A DNA stretch of 64,000 nt, from positions 868,001-932,000 of the forward strand of contig JAUPSS010000002.1 of NCBI GenBank assembly GCA_040285825.1. The letters are read 5' to 3'. The stretch is from Eukaryota sp. TZLM1-RC. Taxonomy: Eukaryota > Protista > Metamonada: BaSk clade. The notes below the pieces were generated by a model. That model was not told the DNA's origin. It was given only the letters and a program-made list of their open reading frames with translations, and ran no database searches. Positions 1-11,399 of this stretch are shown here, in pieces. Each line of letters starts with the position of its first letter. Positions within the stretch are counted from its first letter, which is position 1. The translations under genes were made by a program, and so were the position numbers.

Positions 1-433
1 GTTCAGCTCTGACCCGTGTGAGGGAGAACTCAAACGAACCAATGAGTAGGTCACGGAAGAGAGAGGATGCGTCTAGCACTTCTACGAGAAGTGACGACTC
101 GTCAATATCGGAGAGAGACAGCTTTAGTGGAAAGAAGAGAGTTCGGTCCCAGACAGGGTTGGCCGACTTTGGGATTTTAGAAGTATACTCAGTGGTGGTG
201 CCCCGAGGTGTGGTGAGAGTAGCACGGACAATAGGGTCCCCACACCCACCCTTGGATCGACCATGCAAATCACGACCTTCAAAAACGTGAAGATACGTGA
301 GAACATCGGTAAGATTAGAGTTGTCACCAAGGGACGCAACATTACGGAATGACACGGCCATAAGTTCATCGACAGTCTCTGGAGCTTCTTCCTCTTCAAA
401 GAAAAGCTCCTCTTCGTCATCAGAATTCGACAT
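1..433 (-). CDS. C2-domain protein, ferlin-like N-terminus (runs off the left edge)
   Basis: Manual translation from ATG at 433 is open to the window edge: MSNSDDEEELFF...LHVFEGRDL...DPIVRATL...KSANPVWDRTLFF...LLVEVLDASSLFRDLLIGSFEFSL, a typical C2 pattern. Absent from the ORF track because it has no stop in the window. Confidence 0.7.
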   Translation of the reverse strand, partial: MSNSDDEEELFFEEEEAPETVDELMAVSFRNVASLGDNSNLTDVLTYLHVFEGRDLHGRSKGGCGDPIVRATLTTPRGTTTEYTSKIPKSANPVWDRTLFFPLKLSLSDIDESSLLVEVLDASSLFRDLLIGSFEFSLTRVRAE

Positions 434-494
434 TGAAGGTATTGAAGATCAGAATTTTGCTGCTGTGGTTTTCACTGGAAAGGCATTCTATAGC

Positions 495-594
495 TGAAAT
501 GTCTATTTCCAATACTTCAACCACATCCACATGTCTAAACTTAACCATCCGGAGATGATAGGCTTAGATCAAAATACCTTGGATTTGAAGACTC
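495..594 (-). ncRNA. Candidate Fanzor omega-RNA scaffold (copy A)
   Basis: Directly 3' of the Fanzor stop. Nested stem CTTCAA-ATCCA / TGGAT-GTGG-TTGAAG encloses hairpin TCTAAGC..ATCATC-TCCG-GATGGT..GTTTAGA. Shares CTTCAAA..GTATT and terminal CATTTCA with copy B. Confidence 0.45.
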
Positions 595-1080
595 TTATTG
601 AGGTCTTCTAAAAGCCACGGGTGTTGTGTTCAACAAGTATTCACTTACAGCAATCTCCCACTGGTTTCTCGATGCAGAGATATCTCTTGACCAAACCATC
701 GCACGTTCTGGACCTGCAAAATAGGCTTTAGACTTTTTTCTTTCTCCATTTTCTATGAAGTAAAGGGCTTCATGGAAAACTTTGCAACAGTTCACTTTGG
801 CAGTTGTATAGTATTTATCTCTATCCTTCACAGTTGGAAATCGAGCCTTGAGATACTTCAGAAAACGCTTTCTTGGTGTTTTCACTCTTTGACGGGATGA
901 TCCATCTCCTCCTTTCCCAAACCAAATAATCACTTCACGATTTTCAGCCATGTTTTTGATTTTCTGGACAAAATGGCTGAATCTCTTTTGGCGACGGATG
1001 AAAAAGTCGAAGCGATTAACCCACCCCTCAAAATGCTCTTTTACAAGTTTGACACAAGTATTGACGAAGAAGCAGGGTTA
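595..1080 (-). pseudogene. Fanzor (TnpB-like) nuclease, C-terminal fragment, family 2 copy A
   Basis: NRFDFFIRRQKRF...IWFGKGG...KTPRKRFL...DKYYTTAKVNCC...WSRDISASRNQ...PVAFRR. RuvC-II E is mutated to K and CPxC to GPER relative to copies B and C. Confidence 0.8.
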
Positions 1081-1155
1081 AACCCGTCTGCAATTCCATA
1101 TCAGTTCGTCTTGAACGTTTTCCTAAAACCAACATTTAATAGAATTTTGTGTTAG

Positions 1156-2200
1156 TGATTATCTGGTGTCTTTGTTGAATGATTTCGGATGCCTTTCTCC
1201 TCAAATATGGTCCAAATGCTTTTCTACCGATATTCAAGAAATTCCACCCAGAAGTTTGATTTCTTCAAGATTTGCAAACGCCAAATTGCAGAAAACAATA
1301 CTGAAAGTTTTGGAAAACTTGGATTTTACTGTACGTCTTAGCTTGGATAAGGAAAAGAATACCGTTTTTGCTAAGTTTTTAATTGATCTTAAGGAAAGTA
1401 GCTCAAGTTGTCTCATTTGCCAAATTCCAAATGTTTACGGTCTATTGTTAAATGACCATCAATGGACAACTGCCTTAAGAATGAGGTGTTTTCTTTAACC
1501 GTGCAGTGTGCCAAATGATTTGATTTGTCGTTGTGGTCAGCTTATCAATCTGAATCATTTATTTAATTGCAAAATTAATATTACATATCGCTTAGTTGTT
1601 CACGATGCTGTTTGAGACCAACTATATGCTATGTGCAAAAATCATTACTTTGAAGCTTTTGTGGAATTTCTTGTGCGTAAGTTGTCACCTGAAAATGAAG
1701 ATGAAAATACTGTTGGGAAACGCCGTCCTGATTTAATTACACCTGGGTCTGATGGTTGATCAAAGTTGTTGATGTTGTCACTGTTGATGTTTGTAAGAAT
1801 TTAGTAATTAATTTTGCTAAGAAGATGAAACTCGGCTTTGCTTTGCTGAGAAGAGCAAAATCAAAAAGTACAACAAACCCTTATCTCAGCTAGGACGTGT
1901 TGAGCAAGTAAAGTACCAGCTGGTTCCATTTACTGTTTCTCTTTTTGGTAACATTGGAATATCTGGCATTAACTTTCTCGAAAGTTTCAGAAGTTTAGTA
2001 AAAGAAGGAGCAGGAAAAGAATTGAACTTCAATTTTTGCCACAATAGAATTGTTTTCAGTATTTTTAAAGCAATTCCAGAAATGCTGACCAAAGCGCCGT
2101 TACAGTTAGGAATAGAGTATAAAAATCGCGCGCTTAAGAGATTTGATGATGCTAGTGCGTGAATTGAAGATATTTTTTATAACTGAAATATTTATTGAGA
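1156..2200 (+). mobile_element. Non-LTR retrotransposon (RLE, CRE-like) family B, decayed 3' fragment
   Basis: Homologous to 2215-3225 (WSKCF...LRMRCFL...CRC...HLFNC...HDAV*DQ...RRPDL...), with stops and frameshifts. Confidence 0.8.
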
Positions 2201-3275
2201 TAAGAAAAATCTATCTAGAATTCAATATCCTCCAAACAAGCTTCACTATTACTAAACCTACTCACAGCATTACGTTCATATTCTACACCAATAACTAAAA
2301 GTGTTTTTGAAATCATTGTTGGAATAGACTTGAAAATGCAAAAAACAATTCTATTTAACCAGAAAGTGGAATTCATTGTTTTACCAGACCTATTCAGTAA
2401 CACTTTTTTGAAATTTTCGAAAAAGTGCAACCCTGAAGGTCCAATATTGCCAAAAAGAGAAATTGCAAACGGCACAAACTGATATTTCACATGTTCCACT
2501 CTACCTAACTGTGCCACAGGTTCTTCATATTTTTTTATCTTCTTTTTTTCGGCGTTAGATAACGGCGAATCAGCGGAATACACAAAACGAGCAGCAGAAT
2601 TTTTGCAAACATCAACTGAGACAACATCTACAACATTGAGAAGACCATCGATCCCTGGAGTTACTAAATCTGCCCTTCTTTTATTAAAGGAATCATCAGT
2701 TTGATCTGAAGACAGCTTACGTACTAATGGCTCAATAAATGCCTCTATATTGAAACTTTTGCACATGGCATATAATTGATCACGAACTGAGTCATGAACA
2801 ATTGAGCGATAAGTTATGAAATACTTACAGTTTAAAATATGGGAAAGCGTAACAACACTCTTGCAGCAACAAATTAAATCATTTGGTAAAGAACAAGGCC
2901 ATAGAAAACATCTCATTCTCATTGCAGTGGTCCATTGGTGATCATTAAGTAGAAGGCCATAAATGTTGGGAATTTGGGAGATTAGGCAACTTGAGCAACT
3001 GTCTTCATGATCAATCAAAAAGTTTGCAAAAACGGGATTTTTTTCTTTAGCCAAGCTAAGACGTAAAATATAATCCAAGTTTTCTAAAACTTTCAAGATT
3101 TTTTTCTGCAATTTTGCAAAAGTCAGTGGTAAGGAGAGCAAGCTTCTTGGAGGAAGTTCCACAATATCAGAGGGGAAACATTTAGACCAAATATTGGGTG
3201 AAAGAGTTTCAATTTCCTGTTGCAAAGAAATAAGATAAGAGCTGCCACAATTTTCAATGAGATCAATTTTTTCAC
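2200..3275 (-). mobile_element. Non-LTR retrotransposon family B, 5'-truncated; open 336-aa C-terminus (CCHC + restriction-like endonuclease)
   Basis: CCC...HILNC zinc motif, RSIVHDSVRD, EP, RRADL, VDVV, AEKKKIKKY, FVPFAISLFG: the RLE domain of R2/CRE-type elements. Confidence 0.85.
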
Positions 3276-3539
3276 TTTATTTATTTTATTTATTTTATTT
3301 TTTCAATTTTTCAGGAAAACGATTCACAAATTCATAAATAAAATTTTTACCACCTCCAATAAAGGCAGCTTTACAAAGGTAGCTTGATTTATGAAAATCA
3401 ACACCTCCAAAATTTGTACCACAAAAAATGCGACTTCGTAAAAATATTGAAGATATTGAGTTCTAATTTGTTTTAATGTTTTGTTAGCGTTGAAAATAAA
3501 AATATTTGCATAAAAGTATTGAGCTTTTTTATTGCCATA

Positions 3540-4008
3540 ACATTTAACAAAACCAACAAACAGACAGTCAACTGCAGAGGTATCCTTTATTGTGTCTTTG
3601 GTCAAAGAAGACCCTTTGTTTAACCTTAGGGCAATTAACGAAGTCCTTTAAAGAAATTGTGGTCGCAAATGTTTAATAAATACGATTCACCGCACACTTA
3701 TCAGCAATGGCTTTTCACGAAAAAGATGTAGATCCATAGCAAGAAAGGCTAAGGTGACACTTATTTTAGCTTTTGAGAAGCAGCGTTCCATTAATTTAGG
3801 TATAGTTTTGACATATCAATAAGTGTTTGTAGATGAAATTAGCTTCAGAAAGGAAGATTTTTCTAGACTATATGAAAAAAGCCCAAAGAACGAACCTGTT
3901 GCGTCTGTAAATGGATTGAATAATGTCGACCAAATGTCCTTGGCAGTTGCAATTGACCAGAATGCTATTTATTTCATCATCTGCAAAAAAGACACTTTTC
4001 TCGTTTAA
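3540..4008 (+). pseudogene. IS630/Tc1-mariner transposase fragment
   Basis: Read-through translation LVKEDPLFNLRAI...TIHRTLISNGFSRKR...VFVDE (second HTH plus first catalytic D), with in-frame stops. Confidence 0.65.
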
Positions 4009-4999
4009 AATACATTAGTTTTCTGAAAGACATTCTGCGTTCAGGATTTTTACTAGCAGCCGCAGTGTATTAATTGTTGATGGTTGTGATTGATATATTG
4101 AATGTTGATAACAAGAGTCATTGGATTGAGTTGTAGGTGGAGAGACAAAATCGTTTTCTACTCTTGGCATTCCGAAAAGATGAGCATGGGGGTCATCAGC
4201 ATCAACAACATGATTTAAAACATGTTCAGGAAGTGGCATAAATTTTTCACGACCCGAAGGTCTTCTTTTAAGAGACTGACAAAAGCATGCAACATTTTAA
4301 ACAGCATAGTTCTTTGAACTTCTTCAAAACGGTTTCTTTCAGCATCAATTCGAAATAGTTTACATGACAACATTTGTGCGACGGCATTCTTGAAGTTTTC
4401 ATCTTCGTTGTCACTTTCAGGATGATTGACTGCATTAAAATAATCGAGATAAATCGGTAGGTATAATAGTAAAAGAAGCCTCACGCTTCTCCGCAAGAGA
4501 GGCCCAGTAATTCCAAATGGCTAATGGAACTGATACACCTGCGTTGAGCTCTTTCAAGTCTTTAACTGGCATTTTGATAACCTCTTGTTGTATCTGCTCT
4601 TGCTGCCACTTTTTTTGATTTTTCTTTGTCCACGTCAATAAGGGTTGACCTTGATTGTAAAGGCTACGCATTCCCCACTGTGCGCAGAAATTTATCCAGC
4701 AATGGTGGAGGTTAATCTTCGACGGAACTGGCTGCCAGTTGACTTGTAGTTGATTTCAAGGTGCCAGTCACTGTTAAACTTCTTTTTCTTTGCAGACAAT
4801 TGAGAGTGGAAAAATTTTTGAGCAGCTTGCTGATGTTCTACTGCGGTAAAGCTGCTGTCATAATAAAGAGATATTTCCTGTTGAAAGAAGGCACGGGCAC
4901 CTTTGTACAGTTGTAGCATCAGTTCTACCTTGATTGAGGATGCATTGGCTATATTGGGTAAAAAAACAAGCAATGTGTTGATTATCCATTTGAATTAAA

Positions 5000-5760
5000 A
5001 ATCACAGACGGTGTATAGCTTTTCTTTTTTCTTGATGTAGATGGTGGTTCAATAAATTTTGTCTTTCAGTGTTATCTCCTTGAGGATTCACATTAAGCCA
5101 CTGTCCCTTTTCAGTAAGTTGAGTAACATCGAGCAACTCTGTTGCCATTGCAATCAGATACTTATAAGGGCCCTGAACGGAAAAACTGTTTGGAGTCAGT
5201 TGGCTCAACAAAGGAAGAGTTGTCATGAAGCGAGGCTTTGGTGATAAGACAATGCCTGATCTGAGTGGTCCACAAGCTTGACCAGCTGTCTAACCCACTG
5301 GATTAATGTGATTGGGGTCCATGGCCACAAAGAAAGGGTTGGAATACTGGACAGGCCTTTGTTGCTGACTGGGAGGCATCTTTGGTCTTCTGGGTCTGGT
5401 GATTTTCTGCTGTATTGTCTTGGAACGTTTGATTTGAGAGGCGATAAAGTCCTCCACTTTTTTTTGCAGCTCGAGCGTACTTTTTTTCTATTTTGGTGCG
5501 TTTTTTACGAGTTAACTTGACGGTGCGTGAAAATTGAAAACGCAAGCTCACAGCATCAGTGGCCACAGGGTATCCTGGGTATCTGTCCCGATATAAACCG
5601 AAATAACGGTGAGGGCACACCAGGAGCTGACCGCCATGGTTTTTGGATGCAAAGGCGTCAAAGGCTTGTTTGTTTATTGTCACAAAGCCTGTGACATAAC
5701 CCGCGAGGGGAGACAAGGCTTGTCTTTTCATACTGTCGAATGAGACACCCTCCGACAATG
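5000..5760 (-). pseudogene. Fanzor family 2 copy D (middle part including RuvC-I)
   Basis: MKRQALSPLAGYVTGFVT...ATDAVSLRFQFS aligns with copy C MKRLALAPSASYSPGIIS...ASNGLSLRVTFS. After a frameshift, FFVAMDPNH matches FWVIDPNH (B) and FCAIDPNP (C). Confidence 0.7.
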
Positions 5761-5769
5761 ACAGTATTG

Positions 5770-6300
5770 TTAAGCCACAACGGAAGACAAAAGCACCAAA
5801 AACCTACAACAATTTTTTTACGTAAAACCAAAGAAAATAATAAACTGCAAAGATCTTGGAATACATCGTTGTTAGTTATTGACATTCCTTCCAAATCCAC
5901 TTTGTAATTAAAGAATCTTACTACTGGCACGGAATTGAAAGCTGCCAAGAAAGATTGTAAAATTTATCACGCTGAAAACCCACAGCATAATGAATTCCTC
6001 AAAGCAGCCGCAGCAGGCAACGTCGAAAAAACTGTTATAGAGAAAGTTTTCTCAGAATATAGCTCTGACTCAGGTAGTTTCTGTACTGTTCAATGGTTTG
6101 GCGGTGATGCAACAAAACAGCCTCTCCATTCGGTTAAACATTCAGAAGTTTACAAGCTATTTAATAAGAATAACAAGAGAATTGGTAAACGTATCACTAG
6201 TCGACGCCAAGGTACCCCCAATAAGTTTACGTCTTCTCAGCAACCCAGACGCAGCAATAGAAATAGGGAGCGTAGCTAATTGTTATTTTATATAGCTATT
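5770..6300 (+). mobile_element. Ty3/gypsy relic: integrase C-terminus with chromodomain-like tail
   Basis: KNLTTG..KAAKKDC...EFLKAAAAGNVEKTVIEKVFS...CTVQWFGG aligns with KNLCTG..KASVKHL...EFHSWVAAGDAEEHVIQKVLS...CQVQWPG of the element at 28446-35866. Confidence 0.7.
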
Positions 6301-7059
6301 TTAGTATTTGGTTATCTGTTATAGTTTTAGTTTCATATTTATATAAGCTGCTTCATTTTGAAAGAGGGAAGAGGCAATGTTGGCGCCCTAAGGATTATAT
6401 ACTATGAATAGGAAAATAAATCATTTTTGCTTCATTAAAATAGACTTAAGGCAACAGTAAAAAAAATATGATCATTTTCTTCGGATGGTTCGTTCAGCTG
6501 ACGTCTCAATGGGCCGTATGGACAGTTCTAAAATAAAAACTTTTATATAAAGAAAATGATTTTAAGTTTAATTGATTGCAGTCTTTGGTGTTTTGTTCGA
6601 ATGTAGTGATTTTAGCAAATTCCATTTTTTAGATTCATTCAAATAATCTAATGTTTGCATTCGTTACCATAAATTCCGACGTTCCATAATCTAGCCCATT
6701 AATCCTTCCTCGTCTCTAGACACACCATCTCTGTTTGGGGGACTTTGTGATAAGGAAATTTATTAGGTCCAAAAGAATCAAATAATAAACAGTGATCATT
6801 CAAATTTGGGTTGGTACACCCAGACTACTTTAGCGAAACTTTTTAAAGCTTTTTAACACTACTTTGAGACCATAGGTTTGAACTACTTTTAGACTCAATT
6901 TTGTTCTGACCCAAGCAATCAGAAATAATAAGCCACAATGTTTAGGTGTACAAAGACACCTACTGGGCCACATGTGTTGAATCATGATGAAAATTCCAAG
7001 AAGCTATAGATTCACTGTAGCAATTTTTGTAGTGATTGGATTTAGTATTTTTGATTATA

Positions 7060-7265
7060 TTTTTTAAGCGTCACGATTGGGAAGTGTCAAAAAATGGAAC
7101 AAGATTGAAAAAGTATATTATGCTAGTTTTATGCCACTGATTTATTATCAAAACAGTTAATGCGGTGTTTATTGGAACATGGAAGTAAACTGTTGTAAAG
7201 ATGTATTTAAAACGACAATGGAGACAATCAATAAAATATGTGGACTTACTAATGTTTTAAATCAT
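7060..7265 (+). pseudogene. Possible very decayed Fanzor1 C-terminus
   Basis: VLCH* ... CGVYWNMEVNCCKDVFK resembles the Fanzor1 pattern CHGLL.C...CG..WNRDVN...NI.K. Confidence 0.3.
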
Positions 7266-7386
7266 CTACTCAGAATCAATAAATACTTTAAATAAAATAA
7301 TACATCAATTAAAGTCACCAACTTTTGAAGACCAAAAGCGAGAAAGTTAAAGCTAATAGACATTGAAAAATTCAGCATTACTCTGA

Positions 7387-7995
7387 TTAAGGTTCTACAA
7401 CAGCTGATCGTCTCTGAATTCGAAGTAAAACTACATGTACTAAAACAAAAATCAAAATTAAACCAACCCACGGAAGAATCATTCTAGGCCAACTGTAAGG
7501 AAACATTGGAGGGACAACTCGATCTAGCAGTAGAGACACAACATCTCCAGAGTCAGAAACATAGGTAATAACAATCTTAGTGTTGCCTAGGATAAAAACA
7601 TCAGTAGTAAAGCCTTCCTGGTGAGCAATACCTTTGTACATCCCACCAAAAGGTTTGAACGGTAATATAAAGTGAACATCGGAGTAGTTTGAATCCACAA
7701 AATTGATAGCTACCTCAACACTATCCGGACAAGATGTCAAGAGTTGTATAACTGCCTCGTGTTCACTTGAATTGATAGGGGAAAGTGAGCCAACAAATTT
7801 GCAATCACCGGAGAAGCTGGAATTGAAATTGAGCCACCTGGAAGAACTAACAGCAGAGTTGGTGGATGAGAAGTGCTGAACATCAATAATCCAAGATGCA
7901 TCAAAAATAGAGCTTACTCGCTCATTGCAACAAGGATTTCCAAGCGAGGACACTGAAAAGCAGAGCACAAATAGTAGGTAGATGAACATACACAA
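7387..7995 (-). CDS. Hypothetical single-pass membrane or surface protein
   Basis: 202-aa ORF with hydrophobic N-terminal signal-like stretch and C-terminal TM (ILPWVGLILIFVLVHVVLL) followed by basic residues; ATG start may be at 7989. Confidence 0.6.
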   Translation of the reverse strand: MCMFIYLLFVLCFSVSSLGNPCCNERVSSIFDASWIIDVQHFSSTNSAVSSSRWLNFNSSFSGDCKFVGSLSPINSSEHEAVIQLLTSCPDSVEVAINFVDSNYSDVHFILPFKPFGGMYKGIAHQEGFTTDVFILGNTKIVITYVSDSGDVVSLLLDRVVPPMFPYSWPRMILPWVGLILIFVLVHVVLLRIQRRSAVVEP

Positions 7996-8035
7996 AAGAT
8001 GATTTAGTAAAGAACTTTTAAATCTTCAATTTCTT

Positions 8036-9551
8036 TATTTATTGAATTTGCACACTTAATTAAATTAACTCATTGCAGTCTCTGAGAACTTACAAAATAT
8101 TTTTCTGCGTGTTGCTTAAGCAGGTTCAATGAGAAAGCAAAAAAATTGTATTACCCTTTCAATATGGTATTAATACCACAGATGGAGTCTCTTCAGCGAT
8201 ATTTGCTACTGATGTTTTATTTCGCCAAAATGAATCCAATATTTGTATGTCATTGGATTTTAGTAATGCTTTCAATTCACTAGTCGTCGCAGTATCCATG
8301 GTGCTCTATTGCAATGTATGCCGGAAGTAATGCCGTATTTTCAATCAACATATTGCACATATTCTAATTTACATTTTGGTAACAACATTTTGAGTTCATC
8401 AAGTGGCGTAAAGCAAGGAGATCCGTTAGGACCTCTTTTGTTTTGTTTGGCCATTCATCCTATTTTACTGCAAATTCAAGAGATGTTTCCTTCACTAAAA
8501 ATGATTGCATATATGGATGATGTTGTGCTTATTGGTGATTTAAATATTGTGAAACAAGCAACTGTATGTTTTAAAGAATTATTTACCAAAATTGGTCTCC
8601 GACTTAATTTACTTAAATGTGTTTTGTTATCGAATTCTCCAGTTTCCACAATAGTTGATGATATTGAAATTCAAGCCAAATTATATTCACTTGATGCTAT
8701 TCGTCATTTGGGTTCGTTTTTAGGAAATAATGATAAAATTACCAAAAAATTGTTTGAAAAGTTGAACCCAATTTCTGACAAAATTGACCGAATGATGATT
8801 TTAGATATAAAAAAACACATCAAATTTACCATTATAAGACTGTGTTTTAGTTCCAATTTTAATCATATATTTCGATCTACAAATCCTCTCGTCACTAGAC
8901 CTTTGGCTCAAAAGTTTAATGAGTTACGTGCAAAAGTTCTGTCTCAATTACTGGGATGTAAAATGTTTCAAATTCCAGATCATGCTTACCTTAGTCCACA
9001 TTATGGTGGTTTAGGGTGGACGAAGGCTTCTATTCTTACCTCGTGTGCTTTTGTTGGTGGATGCAGAAATGCAATCTTTGAGTTTTCCGAAAGATTTGCA
9101 GATTGGGAAGATTTATTGATGACAACGCAAAGTTCCACTGTTTTTGCATTAAATGAAGAAATTTCCAGAATTGATGTAGAAAAATGGGGTCGATGTTTTC
9201 CCCAATCATTCAATGGCAATTTTCCAGAAAAAAATGTTTTAAATTTGAAGTACACTCTTCGAACATTACAGAAACGATTAACTGAAATGTATGAAAAAGA
9301 TCTTTATAATAATATATGCAGCTCGGCTGTTTTAAATCATGATCTTCACTCATTGTTATTGGAAAAGGGTGTTTGTGAAAACAAGTCGTCAGATTCTTCA
9401 CTTTTTGTAACCATTGTACCACGAAGATTTGGATTGTGTGCCACTAATGAAGCATTTGTAATAAAAATGAGATTATATTTGAACATCCCCATTAACCAAT
9501 TATTATCAAAAAAATGTATTTGTTCGAATTCACCTCAACTCACTTTGCGCT
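8036..9551 (+). mobile_element. CRE-like non-LTR retrotransposon family A, internal RT fragment preceded by an inverted 3'-UTR piece (8036-8073)
   Basis: LDFSNAFNS, GVKQGDPLGPLLF, AYMDD, LSPHYGGLG; near-identical to the copies at 11400-13955 and 21080-23760. Confidence 0.9.
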
Positions 9552-9779
9552 AATTTTTCAAGTATTCTTTCTGAAAATGTGGAAAAATTGTCTAATTGAT
9601 CACTTCCAAATTTGTGTTTTTGTTTGAAAAAGCTCCAGCATCCTCCTGGTATATTGTATGAAAGCTTGGATTATGAAGTAAGTCTGGCTTAGCCAAAAAT
9701 AAAAATCCCGCTGTCGGAAATTTTTCAGAATGAGATTCGCAATAGTTCTATTGATATTACCCAAATTTTTTTTATTAAA

Positions 9780-10690
9780 AACCTATAAATCAACATCTCA
9801 ATAATATGTCTCTCCCAAAACAAAACAACTAGATGCAACTCTCTCATAGTCAGATCCAAGAGAAGGCAATGCATCAGAAACCATCATCAACATCCCCTTA
9901 AAAACAGAAAACACAGTCCTATTTTGCCAAAAGAATCTGTTGAAATTTCTGTTGGTTCTTCTCTTTACAATCAATGCAAAATCTGTCAAAAAGCGTATAG
10001 CCGTGGGAGCAAGTGAACCAAAAAGTGAAAATACAAATGGATACAAATTGCATTTTGCATGCTGTTGGCTGGACAATTTGGACAAAGGTTCATTGTATTT
10101 TTCTGATTTTGAAATTTTCTGCATTTGAAAGAGGACTATGAATTATAGAATTAGCAAGCCTTTCATTTGAGGTATTACAAGGATCAACAGACATTACATG
10201 TAATGAAATGAAGGGTCCAGCCGATATAGGTAATATGAACTCACCTCTATTGTTCTTAAAAAATCATTTTTAGTATCAAAGACTTGACAAAGAGGTTTTG
10301 AAAAGAATTCAATTCTATGAGACTTACACATACAGTATAATTGGTCTCTTACAGTATCATGAACCTTGCTTTGAAAGTAATAAAATCTTTACAATTTAAC
10401 AAATGAGTAATTGTATTCAGAGTCCAAGCAGAATCAGTTAAGAGAGTGTTTCAAACATGAGGAATTGTTGTTACTAAGGCAGAAGATGTACTATCACACA
10501 TATGTTGTAAAAGATTTGCAAAAGCGGGACTTTTTTCTTGGCCAAGCCAGGTCTATCATCAAAATCCAAGCTTCCAAAATTTTTTGACAATTTTTGTTGA
10601 AGCTTTTTACAGCAAAACTGCAAATTAATAGAGATCGGTTCGGAATTCCTTGAATTGATTGGGGAAAACATTTGGTCAAATTTTGTGGTG
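9780..10690 (-). mobile_element. Non-LTR retrotransposon family B, decayed 3' fragment
   Basis: KCFPQS...HDTVRDQLY...RGEF...LYPFVFSLFGS...FWQNR; homologous to 2215-3225. Confidence 0.75.
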
Positions 10691-11089
10691 GCAAATATAT
10701 GCTGCCCAAGGTATCTTCATCCCTAATAGTTCAGTGTTTCTCAGTTCTTTCAACCTCAATCTCACCTCTCTTTCCATTCTCATTGTGCAAGTCGATTTTT
10801 TACCTTGATATCTCGCACAATCACCTCTTTCGAATTTCGAACGTTAAGGTCTGGAATAATCCTGGAAAAAACAGCACAAGAGACTCATACTCTCCACCTT
10901 CACCGGCAACATTGGCACGCATCTTCTTCAAGTGAAGAAGATGCGGTAGAACGTCAGAAAGTACCTTCAGAAATGAAAAAATTAAAAAGATAGACACCCT
11001 CTTTCAAATCTAGTCACGTTTTACTATTCTGTCTGATTTGTCTTACAATTTAATTTAATTACTAATGACAAAATCTAATGACTATGGCC

Positions 11090-11360
11090 GACATGGCCTT
11101 AGTTGAGCTGATATGTCTTCGTAATGGATTCCATAGCAATGCATACAAAACTTGAATTGTGTTTGAGTCTAGAGACAAACTTCAGCTCGCCGTTCTTACG
11201 TGTAGCTCACGCCACAGTAGCAAAAAAATGGTTGTTATATCGTGACCAAATAGATGGTCCGTTAAGTGTGTGGACTATAGTTGTAATTCCGAGTTACAAA
11301 GTACATCTATTAGACCAGGAGGACATTCACAATCTGCTAAAATCGCCGATTGTCCAGTCA
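11090..11360 (+). pseudogene. MULE/Mutator transposase N-terminal DNA-binding fragment
   Basis: VFESRDKLQLAV...NRWSVKCVDYSC aligns with TFESRLDLQTFL...TRYEVRCPTAEC of the MULE at 60458-61653. Confidence 0.5.
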
Positions 11361-11399
11361 ATAATTTTGAAATAAATACTTTACACCTCATACATGTTT

